Source: Minisyncoccia bacterium (GTDB lineage Bacteria > Patescibacteriota > Minisyncoccia > UBA6257 > 2-01-FULL-56-20). Taken from it: 64,000 bases of DNA. Each line of letters starts with the position of its first letter. Positions within the stretch are counted from its first letter, which is position 1. The notes under the pieces were generated by a model, which worked only from the letters and a program-made list of their open reading frames with translations, had not been told where the DNA came from and ran no database searches. The DNA is taken from contig JBEKRC010000003.1 in NCBI GenBank assembly GCA_049997875.1, positions 115,687 to 179,686 on the forward strand. The letters are read 5' to 3'. Shown one piece after another: positions 8,711 through 19,087 of this stretch. The position numbers were made by a program, and so were the translations under genes.

Positions 8711-9106
8711 ATGGACAGCAACAACGAACCGGTTACGAAGGCTATGTTCATAGAAGGGATGGCGAATCTGAAAACGGAACTTAAGACGGAACTTACCGCA
8801 ACGCTGACCGCGGCGTTTACCGCGGCAATTACCGAGGCGATTGATGGCCTCGCCCGCTTGGTGAACAAGGGATTCGCGGATATTGAGGAAAGGATGGCGA
8901 CCAAAGAGGAACTGCGCGCCGTGGACGGCCGCCTCTCGCATGCCATCGGGCAGGTTGACAACCGTCTCTCGGTGGCGATTGATAAAGTTGACATGCACCT
9001 TTCGGCATACGCCACGCAGTGGAACAGGGAATTTGAAAACGTAACTGGGCGGCTTGATGAACACGATGGGCGGCTGCGGTTTTTAGAGAAACGACGGGTC
9101 GGGTAA
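8711..9106 (+). CDS. Small coiled-coil protein
   Basis: Preceded by the ATTAAAGAACCTTTGAC motif shared with the gene at 20157; heptad-rich sequence. Confidence 0.55.
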   Translation: MDSNNEPVTKAMFIEGMANLKTELKTELTATLTAAFTAAITEAIDGLARLVNKGFADIEERMATKEELRAVDGRLSHAIGQVDNRLSVAIDKVDMHLSAYATQWNREFENVTGRLDEHDGRLRFLEKRRVG

Positions 9107-9207
9107 TGGCGGCGGTGCGAAGCGCTGTGAGCGCGGCTTTGCCAACAGACCATTGTCCACAGGCGTCGCTTTGCGCCACAGCGGCTTGTTGTATAATAGA
9201 GGGAACG

Positions 9208-9690
9208 ATGAAGCTTGAGAAAAAGACGGCGGTTTTGATCATAGTGGGGGTCATAATCTTCGCGGCCATCATCCTGTATGCGTATCTCTACGGGCCATCA
9301 TGGCCGACTTCGCCGCAGGCGACCGGCCCCGCTCCCGTCCACGCCCTGCAGGGGCAGGTGGTTGCGGGTTTCCCCCAAGATCTCATCTTGGACAGCGGGG
9401 CGCAGGTGAATAACAGCTACTCCGTCAATTATTCCTCAAGTACGAACCAGTATACCGTGCAGTGGAATTCCTCAAGCGCGGTGGCACGCATCTATAACGA
9501 CTACCTCGCGTACTTCCCGACGCACGGCTGGACAGTCACGAACCGCTTTACCACGCGTCCCGACCTGCGCGGCCTGTACGCCGTAAATGCCTCGTCATCG
9601 GCCAGTGCGAATGTTACAATCGCAGTGCAGGGCGCGGGGTCCGAGGTGAGCGTGAGTTACGCGGTGACGGAGAATCCCATGGTGAAATAA
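9208..9690 (+). CDS. Membrane-anchored hypothetical protein
   Basis: TATAAT, then a GAGGGA RBS, then the ATG; N-terminal TM helix; Ser/Thr-rich ectodomain. Confidence 0.6.
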   Translation: MKLEKKTAVLIIVGVIIFAAIILYAYLYGPSWPTSPQATGPAPVHALQGQVVAGFPQDLILDSGAQVNNSYSVNYSSSTNQYTVQWNSSSAVARIYNDYLAYFPTHGWTVTNRFTTRPDLRGLYAVNASSSASANVTIAVQGAGSEVSVSYAVTENPMVK

Positions 9691-9694
9691 AAAA

Positions 9695-10819
9695 ATGAAG
9701 AAGAAAAAAAATCTCGATTGGTTTCCGGTTTTGGCGGCGCGTGTTTGCGCGCTCGCCGCGCTGGGGGTTGGCGGTGCGTTTGTGGCAATGTATCTGGCAA
9801 ACTCCCTGCCAACGCATACAGCCTTAGCTGGCACAAACAAATGTCCAGCGGGGCCCTTTTGGACACTTGACCCAGGAATCTCCGTAAGCGGTTCCTTCAG
9901 TTCAAATACGCTCACGTTTTCCGGTACCGCACAGGGAGGCGAACAGTCGTGTAACTGCGGCGATTTCAGTTACGGTACGCCGGTAACTATCGGATCGGAC
10001 CAATACACTATTACAAATTCGTCCGGCACAGTAGTGGCTCGATCAGCTTTGCCAAATTGGTCCCTTGCGCAGGGCCCTGCGAGCAGCCTATGCACCAGCG
10101 TCTCTCCCGCTAATGAAGATAGTTATAGTTTCGGGCCCGGTACGGTGAATACCTCCGGCTGGGCACCGGGCGTTTATACGCTCACCGTGACGATTGGTGA
10201 TTCCTGCGGAGGTCCATTTACAAACTCGGGCTATACATGCCCTCCACCGCCAACGGACACTTATGTTTTCACCGTGACGGGCGGCACTATCTCTGTGCTG
10301 TCGCAGAATGCCGCGGGCAATCCACTAAGCTCATCGTGGGGCTTCGTCGGCCCTCTCGGCGGCCCCTGCGAGGGCACTCCCCTTTGTTCGGGCACCTCCG
10401 GCATCTACAACAACCAGCCGCCCGGCACCTATTCCCTATCTCCCGGCAGCGCCCCTTCGGGTTACAGCGGCTATACCATTTACTTAAACAACAACTATAA
10501 CCAAGCGTGTTCTGTCACCTCCTGCGCGGGGACGCTCCAGAACGGCGGCACGTTAACTTTCACTATTAAGTGGAATCTGATAGAACCGGCCATCGCCGCG
10601 TCGTGGAACACCACATATCTTGTGCAATCCATCGCAACCACCGTGCCGGCCGGGAGCAATCTGAACATCTCCGATTACATAAGAAACATCGGGCCGACAA
10701 ATTCGTCGTTAGATTGGATTTGTAGTGTGCACGGGCCAGCGGGATGGACTGGAACGCTGAACTATGGTCTATGCCAACAAGGCCAGCCCTTGAGCGGCGG
10801 CGCGTCGCCGTTCCAGTAA
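9695..10819 (+). CDS. Secreted Cys- and Gly-rich hypothetical protein
   Basis: Signal/TM N-terminus; many Cys and Gly. Confidence 0.7.
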   Translation: MKKKKNLDWFPVLAARVCALAALGVGGAFVAMYLANSLPTHTALAGTNKCPAGPFWTLDPGISVSGSFSSNTLTFSGTAQGGEQSCNCGDFSYGTPVTIGSDQYTITNSSGTVVARSALPNWSLAQGPASSLCTSVSPANEDSYSFGPGTVNTSGWAPGVYTLTVTIGDSCGGPFTNSGYTCPPPPTDTYVFTVTGGTISVLSQNAAGNPLSSSWGFVGPLGGPCEGTPLCSGTSGIYNNQPPGTYSLSPGSAPSGYSGYTIYLNNNYNQACSVTSCAGTLQNGGTLTFTIKWNLIEPAIAASWNTTYLVQSIATTVPAGSNLNISDYIRNIGPTNSSLDWICSVHGPAGWTGTLNYGLCQQGQPLSGGASPFQ

Positions 10820-10911
10820 AAGCAAAAGGTTGCAAAAGCAAAGGGCCCCGACCAAAAGGAAGGGGCCCGAAGCTTCAATCTCAATTATCAAAGAACAGTG
10901 TGCTATCGCGG

Positions 10912-12834
10912 TTACTGCGGTGATGGCGTCCAATCTGCGAGCGCGGCCTGCGTGCAAGTTGTGGTGCCGCACATAGTCGTACCATCAGAGCCGGTTCCCG
11001 CAAAGACATAGTGCACAATGCCCTGCTGGTCCGCGTACGACGCGAGGTCGTTCCAGACGGTGACGGATCCGCCGGGCGTGTTGGTTTGGTCCGCGCGCAT
11101 CGTCCAGAGTTCCTGTGCGGGACGAGAGGTACCGGAAACGGAGATGGCGCAGGCGTCGGTCTTCGTGAGATCGGCGCTGCCAATGCGAGAGCATGACCCT
11201 GCCACCGTGAGTCCAACCTGGCTTCCCAAATTCAGGATTGAACTCATGGCAATGTTTACGCTTGAAGCGCCCGTGCCGGTGCCATTGTCTCCCCACCAGA
11301 CGTACAGAATGGTCTGCGACCAGTTGCTGGGGTTATCAGGATTGACGGCAATGGTGAAGTCCTGGTTCGTGGCGCTCCAATACGTTGAACATCCCCACAA
11401 CACCTGGCCGGTCCCGCTGTTGAACAACCGGCAATTGTAACTGTGATTCCCGGCAGCAACCTGCCCGGACATAAGCGGCGTGCCGGTGAGCGAATAAGGG
11501 CCTTCGGCCCAACCATGTATCAGGTTGCCGCCTTTTTCCCCCGTGCCGATCGTCCAGAGATGATCGGGGAACATAGCGACTCCGGTTACTGGATTTGTGA
11601 AGTTCGGGTCGTCATCATAGCCGTTCACCGCGAACGGGTCTTGTTGCATTACTCCGCTTGCGGAATTCAAAACCACTATCCAGCCGCCGCTGCTGTACCA
11701 GCCACTTTGCGGATCCTGCAAGCGGTAGTCGGAGTTCGTTCCGACATAGAGAGCGGAACCAAGGATGTTGATGGTTTTTGCTTCGGTGCGCACGCCGGGC
11801 CCGGAGGTAGGCAGTTGGAAATCGGCGAGCGCGAGAACATCGAGTGTGTTGCTCGCCAAGCCAACTTGCCAAACCATTGCGGAGCGGGTTGCGGTGCTGT
11901 TGGGATCCAATTGCTGCCAGCCCGCCGCGTAGGCAACCATGCCGTCGGCGCTAATCACTATTTGGTTGATTTGGCACGCCGTCGGCGAGTTGCTCCACTT
12001 ATCGAGCAAGTTGTGAGCGTTGTCGTAAAGTGCAAGCCCACAACTTGTTGCGGTAGCGTCTGCCATAATGCGCAACGCACCAAGAGCGGTAACCGCCACG
12101 GCCGTTGCCTGGTCGTTAACGTTCTTGCCATCCACTTGGGGAGTACGGTATGTGAGGTGGTTGAAGTTCACCACGAGCGTAGCCCCGTTCAGGCTGCAGC
12201 CGGTCACCCCGTTCGGGGCGTAGGTCCAACCCGAGCCACTGATGGTAGTGCTGCTTTGTGTTTCGCCAGTCACAGTGGTACCAGAAACGGTGGCCACCGC
12301 GGTGTTGCCGGAAACGAAGCTGCCGCCCGTGAAGCCCGTGGGCGCCGAGGCGGTGCTTGTTCCATTCACCGTAATGACGGCGGGCGTGAGCACCACCACA
12401 TTGCCTGTAGTAGGACAAGGACCAGCGCTTACCACGTACTTCACAGTCGCGGTCTGCGGGCTGTTGTCGGCGTTGGGATCAGCGACGCTGACCGTACAGG
12501 TCGACGTGCCGACGCTTGCCGGAGCAGCCACGGTAACCGTGAGCGCAATGCTGCCACCCACGGCGACACTACCAGAGGTCGGTGCCACATAGCACCAACT
12601 CTGGCCGGCGGCCACTGTCCAATTTAAGCTGGCCGTGCCGGTGTTCTCTACCATCAGGGTCTGCCCCGACGGTGCCGTTCCTCCCATAATTGCGTTGAAA
12701 GTGAGTGTCATGGGAGAAAGAACGATGTTAGGCTGGGGCAGCTGCCGAGTAGTCCCTCCCCCGCCGCAACTGGTCAAGGTCAGCCCTAGGAGGCTGACCA
12801 GAACCACCAATAAGCACTTCTTTTCTGTATTCAT
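10912..12834 (-). CDS. Surface lipoprotein with Ig-like (BACON/Big_2-like) domains
   Basis: LTLTSC lipobox; domains with the pattern NTGTASLNW...W...P.SG also found in the 20758 giant protein. Confidence 0.75.
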   Translation of the reverse strand: MNTEKKCLLVVLVSLLGLTLTSCGGGGTTRQLPQPNIVLSPMTLTFNAIMGGTAPSGQTLMVENTGTASLNWTVAAGQSWCYVAPTSGSVAVGGSIALTVTVAAPASVGTSTCTVSVADPNADNSPQTATVKYVVSAGPCPTTGNVVVLTPAVITVNGTSTASAPTGFTGGSFVSGNTAVATVSGTTVTGETQSSTTISGSGWTYAPNGVTGCSLNGATLVVNFNHLTYRTPQVDGKNVNDQATAVAVTALGALRIMADATATSCGLALYDNAHNLLDKWSNSPTACQINQIVISADGMVAYAAGWQQLDPNSTATRSAMVWQVGLASNTLDVLALADFQLPTSGPGVRTEAKTINILGSALYVGTNSDYRLQDPQSGWYSSGGWIVVLNSASGVMQQDPFAVNGYDDDPNFTNPVTGVAMFPDHLWTIGTGEKGGNLIHGWAEGPYSLTGTPLMSGQVAAGNHSYNCRLFNSGTGQVLWGCSTYWSATNQDFTIAVNPDNPSNWSQTILYVWWGDNGTGTGASSVNIAMSSILNLGSQVGLTVAGSCSRIGSADLTKTDACAISVSGTSRPAQELWTMRADQTNTPGGSVTVWNDLASYADQQGIVHYVFAGTGSDGTTMCGTTTCTQAALADWTPSPQ

Positions 12835-13040
12835 CTTACCCTCCTGTTGGTCAACCTCCTACGGCTGACCTCATATTCAGCTTACAGCCCGGGTTCCCTC
12901 AATCAGCGAAGGCTACCCGTTAGCTACCTATACTATACCAGTTTCCGCGTAAAAACGCAAGGTTTGGACTGGACCGAACTCAAGCGATCGTTCAAACGAT
13001 TGGAAAAGCCGAATTTATGGTACATTAACCATACAAACCC

Positions 13041-13490
13041 ATGGACTGCATCTTCTGCAAAATAGCAAAGGGAGAGGCGCCCGCCCACACGATATGGGAA
13101 GACGAAAAACATTTGGCATTCCTCTCCATTTTCCCCAATACCGAAGGCTTCTCGGTGGTGGCGACGAAGGAACACTTTCCGAGCTATCCCTTTGATCTCC
13201 CCGACGAGGTACTGGTCGGGCTGGTCTTGGCGGCAAAGAAAGTCGCGAAGCTCTTGGACGAGAAGCTCAACGACGTCGGGCGGACCGGCATGATTTTTGA
13301 AGGGTTCGGCGTTGACCATACGCACGCGAAACTTTTTCCCATGCATGGCACGAAAACGCCGGAATGGAAACCGCGTCAATCAAACGTTGATAAATATTTT
13401 GAGACGTACGAGGGCTATATTTCGTCGCACGATTACAAGCGTGCCGATGATGAAAAGTTGGCGCGGCTCGCAGAGAAAATAAGGGACTGA
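13041..13490 (+). CDS. HIT family hydrolase
   Basis: GVDHTHAKLFP histidine triad. Confidence 0.9.
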   Translation: MDCIFCKIAKGEAPAHTIWEDEKHLAFLSIFPNTEGFSVVATKEHFPSYPFDLPDEVLVGLVLAAKKVAKLLDEKLNDVGRTGMIFEGFGVDHTHAKLFPMHGTKTPEWKPRQSNVDKYFETYEGYISSHDYKRADDEKLARLAEKIRD

Positions 13491-13644
13491 TTTTGCTAAA
13501 TAGGCCCGGGTGCCGCAGGCGACCAGATCTATTCTTTTCGGCCCCTTTTAAAAGCCGCGGATTAGAAAATTGTGCTAAAATCATTTCAATAATCAAGCAC
13601 TCCCATCCGAGTACATTCTGCACAAGCAGCTTCAAAGAAGTCCC

Positions 13645-14586
13645 ATGAAAAAGAACTTAGAATATTTTAAGTCCCTTAGAAAGGCGAATTGCCATTTGCA
13701 CATAACCGGTTCTCTCAGACCACGAGACCTAAGACGTCTGGCAAAGATCGCTCATCGCGATATAGCCCAATACGAACCGCTTGAGGAACATATGAAATTT
13801 TATGATCCAGTAATTTGGTCAGCAGCAAAAGAGATAACCTCCACCGCGGAGGGCCTTTCCGAGGCAATTAAAATTATATTGACGCGCGAGGCAGAAGATA
13901 ATGTTGCGTACGTTGAGTTTACAATAAACCCAGCAGGCATGGTGCGTCGCGGCATGACAAGCCAAGATATCGTCGTATCAATTAAAAATGGTTTTGCACA
14001 TGGAGATACTCTCGGAATCACGAGCAAAGTAAAATTCGGCGTAAACCGAAAAGATGGCCCTGATTCAGTTGCCATTGTAAAAGACGTATTTAACGCGACG
14101 CCCGAGAGCTGGAGAGTGTGTATCGACCTTAATGGTGACGAAAGAATGTTCCAGACATCAGATTTTATTAGGCCTTTCCTGCAATTGGCTTCCGAAAACA
14201 TCCCCGTAAGCATCCATGCCGGTGAATACATGGGTCTGTGCAACTCATTAAAAGACGCGATTACAATGAATCCTCGGAGAATTGCTCACGCTATCGCAGT
14301 CAACGAAGACGAAAGCATAATAAATTCTTTTATTGAGAACAACATAATTTTAGAAGCGTCGCTGATGTCAAATTTAAAAACCGGCGCCATAAGTGACATA
14401 ACGAAACATCCGATTAAAAAGTTTATCAACTCCAACGTTCCGATCGTTTTGGGCAGCGATAATCCAGCTTTTTTCGGAACAACCGTTAGCTCAGAGCTAG
14501 TATGTCTCGCTAACGCAGGTGTAGGTATAGATGAAATAGAAGAATTAAACCAGCGCGTATTTAAGCTGGTCGATATGACGAAATGA
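13645..14586 (+). CDS. Adenosine/AMP deaminase-family metallohydrolase
   Basis: CHLHITGS (HxHLxGS), SIHAGE and GSDNP motifs typical of the adenosine deaminase family. Confidence 0.75.
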   Translation: MKKNLEYFKSLRKANCHLHITGSLRPRDLRRLAKIAHRDIAQYEPLEEHMKFYDPVIWSAAKEITSTAEGLSEAIKIILTREAEDNVAYVEFTINPAGMVRRGMTSQDIVVSIKNGFAHGDTLGITSKVKFGVNRKDGPDSVAIVKDVFNATPESWRVCIDLNGDERMFQTSDFIRPFLQLASENIPVSIHAGEYMGLCNSLKDAITMNPRRIAHAIAVNEDESIINSFIENNIILEASLMSNLKTGAISDITKHPIKKFINSNVPIVLGSDNPAFFGTTVSSELVCLANAGVGIDEIEELNQRVFKLVDMTK

Positions 14587-15695
14587 TCGCTCCCGCACCA
14601 TTGGCTGAAATAGAGAAAGCCCTAAACGCCAAGGTGATTAATATTGAGAGGGTAACCAAAATCTACGGCTCCGATGCAGATAGTTTTCTGATCAAGGTGG
14701 TTTCTGCCAAAAACAAAATTACTATGTATTTTCTTAAATTTGAAGAAAAGAATCGCACTAACCAAGAAATAGCGGGGATTCGCTTCATTGAAAAATTTCT
14801 ACCTACCCCAAAGATTATTGTTACCTCGCGCGGAAAATCACTTTCTCCAGGATGGATTCTATTCGAACACGTTCAGGGCAAACTTATGGCCGAAAAATAT
14901 CTCAAGATTAAAGATGAAAATGAATTTGAATCGTTTTGCAAGCTTGAACAACGAAAGGAAAAACTCCTTGGGGTCCTTTACTCTCAACCAACAATCAAAA
15001 TGAGTTATAACGACTATATCAAATTGCCGGCAAACCAATTGTTTCGTGAAAGACTATGTGGGAAGAGATATGGGGAGTTCTTCGGAAATAAACAAGGCAA
15101 TGTATCGCAGTATTTTGATCGTCGCATCTCAATCAATAAATGTAACTTCCCCTCCACGGTAAATCAGATTTTTGAATCAATTAGAAAAAAATATTCTTCG
15201 CGAAAGCATGAGCTAGTTACCGCCCTCATGGGTCAGGGCGATGCTCACCACGGGAACATTATCGTGAACAAAGGGATAGAATTCATTGATAACGAGTACG
15301 CGGGGTTTATGCCACCCTTTATGGAATTGGCCAAGCCTTACTATAACGATTTTATTGGCACGTTATTTTTCCACCATCACCAAACCCTAGAGCAACATTT
15401 TCAGATTCGTAGCTTCAAGGATACGGGCACAAAACTTCTATTCGAAATCAAATCTCCTCAAAAAATCACCAGGCCTATCAAAATAACTCAGATCAAATTA
15501 TTTGAAAGGAAAAAGTGGGTGAATGAGGCGACGGATGATTTCTTGTCTCTAAACGACTACTTAGTTCTTTCCCATGCCCTGACGAAAAATCCAAATACTT
15601 ATCCGCCGAAAACCAAATTGTTGTTTTTGACTTTCGTCGCAATATTGGCTCAATTTGACCCACTGGATCCGGAATCCCTATACCGCCTCTTCTAA
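14583..15695 (+). CDS. Phosphotransferase of the APH/choline-kinase fold
   Basis: GDAHHGNIIV catalytic loop and a downstream IDNEYAG; 4-nt overlap with the upstream deaminase. Confidence 0.7.
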   Translation: MIAPAPLAEIEKALNAKVINIERVTKIYGSDADSFLIKVVSAKNKITMYFLKFEEKNRTNQEIAGIRFIEKFLPTPKIIVTSRGKSLSPGWILFEHVQGKLMAEKYLKIKDENEFESFCKLEQRKEKLLGVLYSQPTIKMSYNDYIKLPANQLFRERLCGKRYGEFFGNKQGNVSQYFDRRISINKCNFPSTVNQIFESIRKKYSSRKHELVTALMGQGDAHHGNIIVNKGIEFIDNEYAGFMPPFMELAKPYYNDFIGTLFFHHHQTLEQHFQIRSFKDTGTKLLFEIKSPQKITRPIKITQIKLFERKKWVNEATDDFLSLNDYLVLSHALTKNPNTYPPKTKLLFLTFVAILAQFDPLDPESLYRLF

Positions 15696-16975
15696 GTAGA
15701 GTGTCTTCGGTTGCGACTAAATCTCTCAACCTTCCTAAATACGTATGCGCCGAACTTCTCAATGAAACGATCAGCTTGCATCACTAGCTCAGAGATGTCT
15801 TTTTTATCGTTGAGATTGTGCCAGTTCTGGATCGTTTCCTGAGCAAGTTTTAGAAATGTAAAGTTGTATGAGGCGAAAGTTTTTCTCGCTTGATCCAGAA
15901 GGGGGGTTTCCTCGGAGTACTCGCCGAAATATTGGATAGCCAACTTAACGATCGTAAGAGACGCCCTAATTTCTCCTTTAAGTATTTCTTTCAGTCCTAT
16001 CGCCTCATCAGCAGTAAAACGCCCCGCAGCAGTGAGATCTCTCCTGTTCTTTCTAAAGAACATCCCGATGTTTGCCAAGCTGTACTCTCTAGCTTCCTCT
16101 GCGGTAGGAGTATAGAACTTGCTGAATCGTCCCTTTTTTACATATACAAGCCTGTCAGGATGGCGCTTCAGCTCCACCAATGCCTGAAGCGTCTTGCCAT
16201 CCAACGATACAATAGGAAGATTGGGATGTACGACTTCCTTTGTAGTGACCACATTGATGCCATAGTGAATCTTGGTTTTTCTCTCTAGCTTCCTTGTCAT
16301 TCCAGCAATATTGTTCTTTGTCTTGATATTCATTCTCTCTACCACTAACAACAGATCTACATCGCTCCATCCATCGCGATATACTTTTCTAGCAGCGCTT
16401 CCGGTCATGACGATAGCCGCCAAGTTTGATGCAAGAGTTCCTTTCAATGCTTTAACCGCACTTGTAATAACCCTGTCCAATCTTGGACCCCCGCAGGGGT
16501 GTCTGTCGAGCAGAAAGAGGCGCCGTGCCTCGACCAGATTATCCCTATCAAAGGTAATCTTTTTCAGAGCATCTTGAAACGCAAGCCACCTCGCCGCGAC
16601 GAACTCCTCGGCCCTAAGGGGAAAAATTTTCTTTTTATTAGTTGAACAAAACACGTACAGATGAACACTCTTTTTGTGAGAAAGGATATCTCCACTAAGA
16701 GTAAAGGTATAGTTACTAATCCCTACCTTGCCTACAAGCTGCGGATTCACATTTAATGAAAGTTCTTCTTTAACTTCCCTGACTGCGGCAGCTTCCGGAC
16801 TCTCTCTCCTTTTAAGGTGTCCCTTCGGAATCACGTATTCCCCTCTCAAATTTTTAAGCAACGCCACATATAATCGATGGCCTTGTGGTCTCTGAAAAAA
16901 CAAAAAACCTCCGGCTGATTCATGCATCATGCTGTTCCCCTTCTTTTTGATTTTGTCATCTCTACTGAAATTCAC
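15692..16975 (-). CDS. NUDIX hydrolase fused to a Pol-beta-type nucleotidyltransferase
   Basis: N-terminal Nudix box GHLKRRESPEAAAVREVKEELSL; central GSAARKVYRDGWSDVDLLLVV nucleotidyltransferase motif; helical C-terminus. Confidence 0.8.
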   Translation of the reverse strand: MNFSRDDKIKKKGNSMMHESAGGFLFFQRPQGHRLYVALLKNLRGEYVIPKGHLKRRESPEAAAVREVKEELSLNVNPQLVGKVGISNYTFTLSGDILSHKKSVHLYVFCSTNKKKIFPLRAEEFVAARWLAFQDALKKITFDRDNLVEARRLFLLDRHPCGGPRLDRVITSAVKALKGTLASNLAAIVMTGSAARKVYRDGWSDVDLLLVVERMNIKTKNNIAGMTRKLERKTKIHYGINVVTTKEVVHPNLPIVSLDGKTLQALVELKRHPDRLVYVKKGRFSKFYTPTAEEAREYSLANIGMFFRKNRRDLTAAGRFTADEAIGLKEILKGEIRASLTIVKLAIQYFGEYSEETPLLDQARKTFASYNFTFLKLAQETIQNWHNLNDKKDISELVMQADRFIEKFGAYVFRKVERFSRNRRHST

Positions 16976-17065
16976 AGTTCTATATTACTAAAACCCCTTT
17001 AATTATAAAAATCGGAGGCCCTGAGAAAGCAAATTTCGAACAGGGCCTCGTCTCACTCCCGGTGA

Positions 17066-18055
17066 TCAGCAACGGTAGCGTGCGATCATCGCATCAACGG
17101 CGGCATAAAGATCTTCCAGAGTGCCAGAGTTGTCGATGACTTCTCCGGCAATCTCCTTAAGGGCTGGAATGCCTGATTTTGCTTTGATCTCATCGCGCGG
17201 CAGGAGAATCAACTTCGCCTGTCCGAAGTCCGAAAGCCCTTCCCGAATCATCTGGCGCTGAAGGCGTATCTCAAGTGGAATTTCAACGTAGACGATGCAG
17301 AAGTGGTCAGCCAGCCGCTGCCTCAGATAGAGTCCCAGTCCTCCTCCATAGAGGCTCTCAATGGACGCCATAGACGTTTCGAGGGTCTCCATCTCTTGGA
17401 GAAGTTCATCGAGAAAGACATCCCATAGGGCATATGGATCACTTGCTTCGCCCTTGTTCACCCATCCCCTGAGGTCCTCATTGGAATCTGGCGCTAGTCT
17501 TTCCTTAACCTTTCCAAAGAGGCGTACGATCTTGAGACGCCTAACGCCCCTCGAATCAAGGTACTTGCCCACGGTGCTCTTGCCACACTCGCTCATACCC
17601 GTGAGTGCAAATACCATCTTGCCTTGAAAGTTCTTCTGGTTTTTCATCCTCTCCTCCCTAAAGAGATCATCCATCAAACAGAGTTCGCGTTCGGCTGAGC
17701 GCAAAGAATCCGGCACGTGAGCAACATTCTTGATCCAATTCTCGGAATACTTCCCCCGCATGCCGTTAGGATATCGCCCAATAATATCCCATTTCACTTT
17801 GCTGACGGCTCCGATTCCTTCCACCCTCAACAGCAGGACGGTTCCCGAAGAAACCCAATTGACTACCTCTGTGAAATAAATTTCCTCTCGCTCCTCTCCA
17901 TACAACTTCTCTACTAGGTGCTGGGGAAGCTGCATCCGAACGCTGTCGGTCACTCTCAGGCCGTTCAGGCTTAGGTTAAGGAGGATTTCCCCAACCAAGC
18001 CCTTAGCGATGCCGTCCGGTTTTACTATAACAAGCGTCTGCTCAAAAAGCATCAT
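17066..18055 (-). CDS. Nucleoside diphosphate kinase-like domain fused to a P-loop (NMP/dephospho-CoA kinase-like) domain
   Basis: N-terminus LVIVKPDG...GEIL is NDK-like. C-terminus has the Walker A GMSECGKSTVGKYL. AAGGAGGA RBS before the ATG at 18055. Confidence 0.7.
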   Translation of the reverse strand: MMLFEQTLVIVKPDGIAKGLVGEILLNLSLNGLRVTDSVRMQLPQHLVEKLYGEEREEIYFTEVVNWVSSGTVLLLRVEGIGAVSKVKWDIIGRYPNGMRGKYSENWIKNVAHVPDSLRSAERELCLMDDLFREERMKNQKNFQGKMVFALTGMSECGKSTVGKYLDSRGVRRLKIVRLFGKVKERLAPDSNEDLRGWVNKGEASDPYALWDVFLDELLQEMETLETSMASIESLYGGGLGLYLRQRLADHFCIVYVEIPLEIRLQRQMIREGLSDFGQAKLILLPRDEIKAKSGIPALKEIAGEVIDNSGTLEDLYAAVDAMIARYRC

Positions 18056-18139
18056 GGGGATCCTCCTTCTAGCCAATATTCAGATGTTTATGAACTATAA
18101 ATCTATAAAAGCACGAAGACGGTGTCCTGTCAAACCATT

Positions 18140-18943
18140 TTATTTCTTTGCTAATACCACCCAAATTGAATAACGGAAGAATTTGAATGGGTCACATCCC
18201 TTTATGTTGCCGACAACTTGAGGAATTGAGAAGAAATTGGCTGCCACCTTATTGTCGTCAGGGATCATGCTCTTTAGCTCGAAGATTGTCGGCAGATGAG
18301 CATAGCCGTCGGGAGCCCCTAAAACTTTATTGTTTTTATACACAATATCGCCCGGCAAGAGGTTTGAATATTCTTTTCCAAACAACTTACAACCCACCAT
18401 CATTAGCCGTCGCCAGATGTCCCGCAGGATATTCTTTAGTGGCACAAGGAGACCGCGGCCAACGTATAGTTTATTGAAACTTTCCACAAAAACAATACCG
18501 TTCGGTTTTATGACTCTTAACATTTCAGCTATTGCCTTTTTCCTCTTTGCAAACGTTGCTACGGCGTTAATGGAAAATCTCGGGCAAAACACATAATCAA
18601 AAAATTCGTCCGGAAATGGGATGGCAGTCATGTCCCCCTCAATAAACTTCGCATCCCGGGCACCCTCATTAAATGCTTTTTTCTTTGCCTCCTGTACGGC
18701 CTGAGGCGTTATATCTATCCCTGTCACATTAAATCCGTGCAGCGCGGCGTTCACTGAAAACCTTCCCGATCCGCAACCGAGATCAAGGATCTTTGCGCCG
18801 CGAGGGAGATCGTCTAATATTTTCCTCTCAACCTTACGAAGAGGTGCTGCCGCATAGTACGAGGTTTCACCCGCATAATGGGCAATATTTAAATTTTTTA
18901 TTCTTTTGTAATATTTTTCTTCGTCAATCGCTTGGCGGGTCAT
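18140..18943 (-). CDS. Class I SAM-dependent methyltransferase
   Basis: ILDLGCGSGRFS motif I. Confidence 0.85.
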   Translation of the reverse strand: MTRQAIDEEKYYKRIKNLNIAHYAGETSYYAAAPLRKVERKILDDLPRGAKILDLGCGSGRFSVNAALHGFNVTGIDITPQAVQEAKKKAFNEGARDAKFIEGDMTAIPFPDEFFDYVFCPRFSINAVATFAKRKKAIAEMLRVIKPNGIVFVESFNKLYVGRGLLVPLKNILRDIWRRLMMVGCKLFGKEYSNLLPGDIVYKNNKVLGAPDGYAHLPTIFELKSMIPDDNKVAANFFSIPQVVGNIKGCDPFKFFRYSIWVVLAKK

Positions 18944-19087
18944 TAAGCGTAACTCTAAACAAATCTTTCTAAAACATCAACGTTAGCAGCCACACCAAAA
19001 TCTCATACAATAAGTTAAATATATCGCCGTCGCGCTCAATGTTAGCTACGTCCGCCGTTTACGCGCTTATTCTGCTAAACTGAAACC

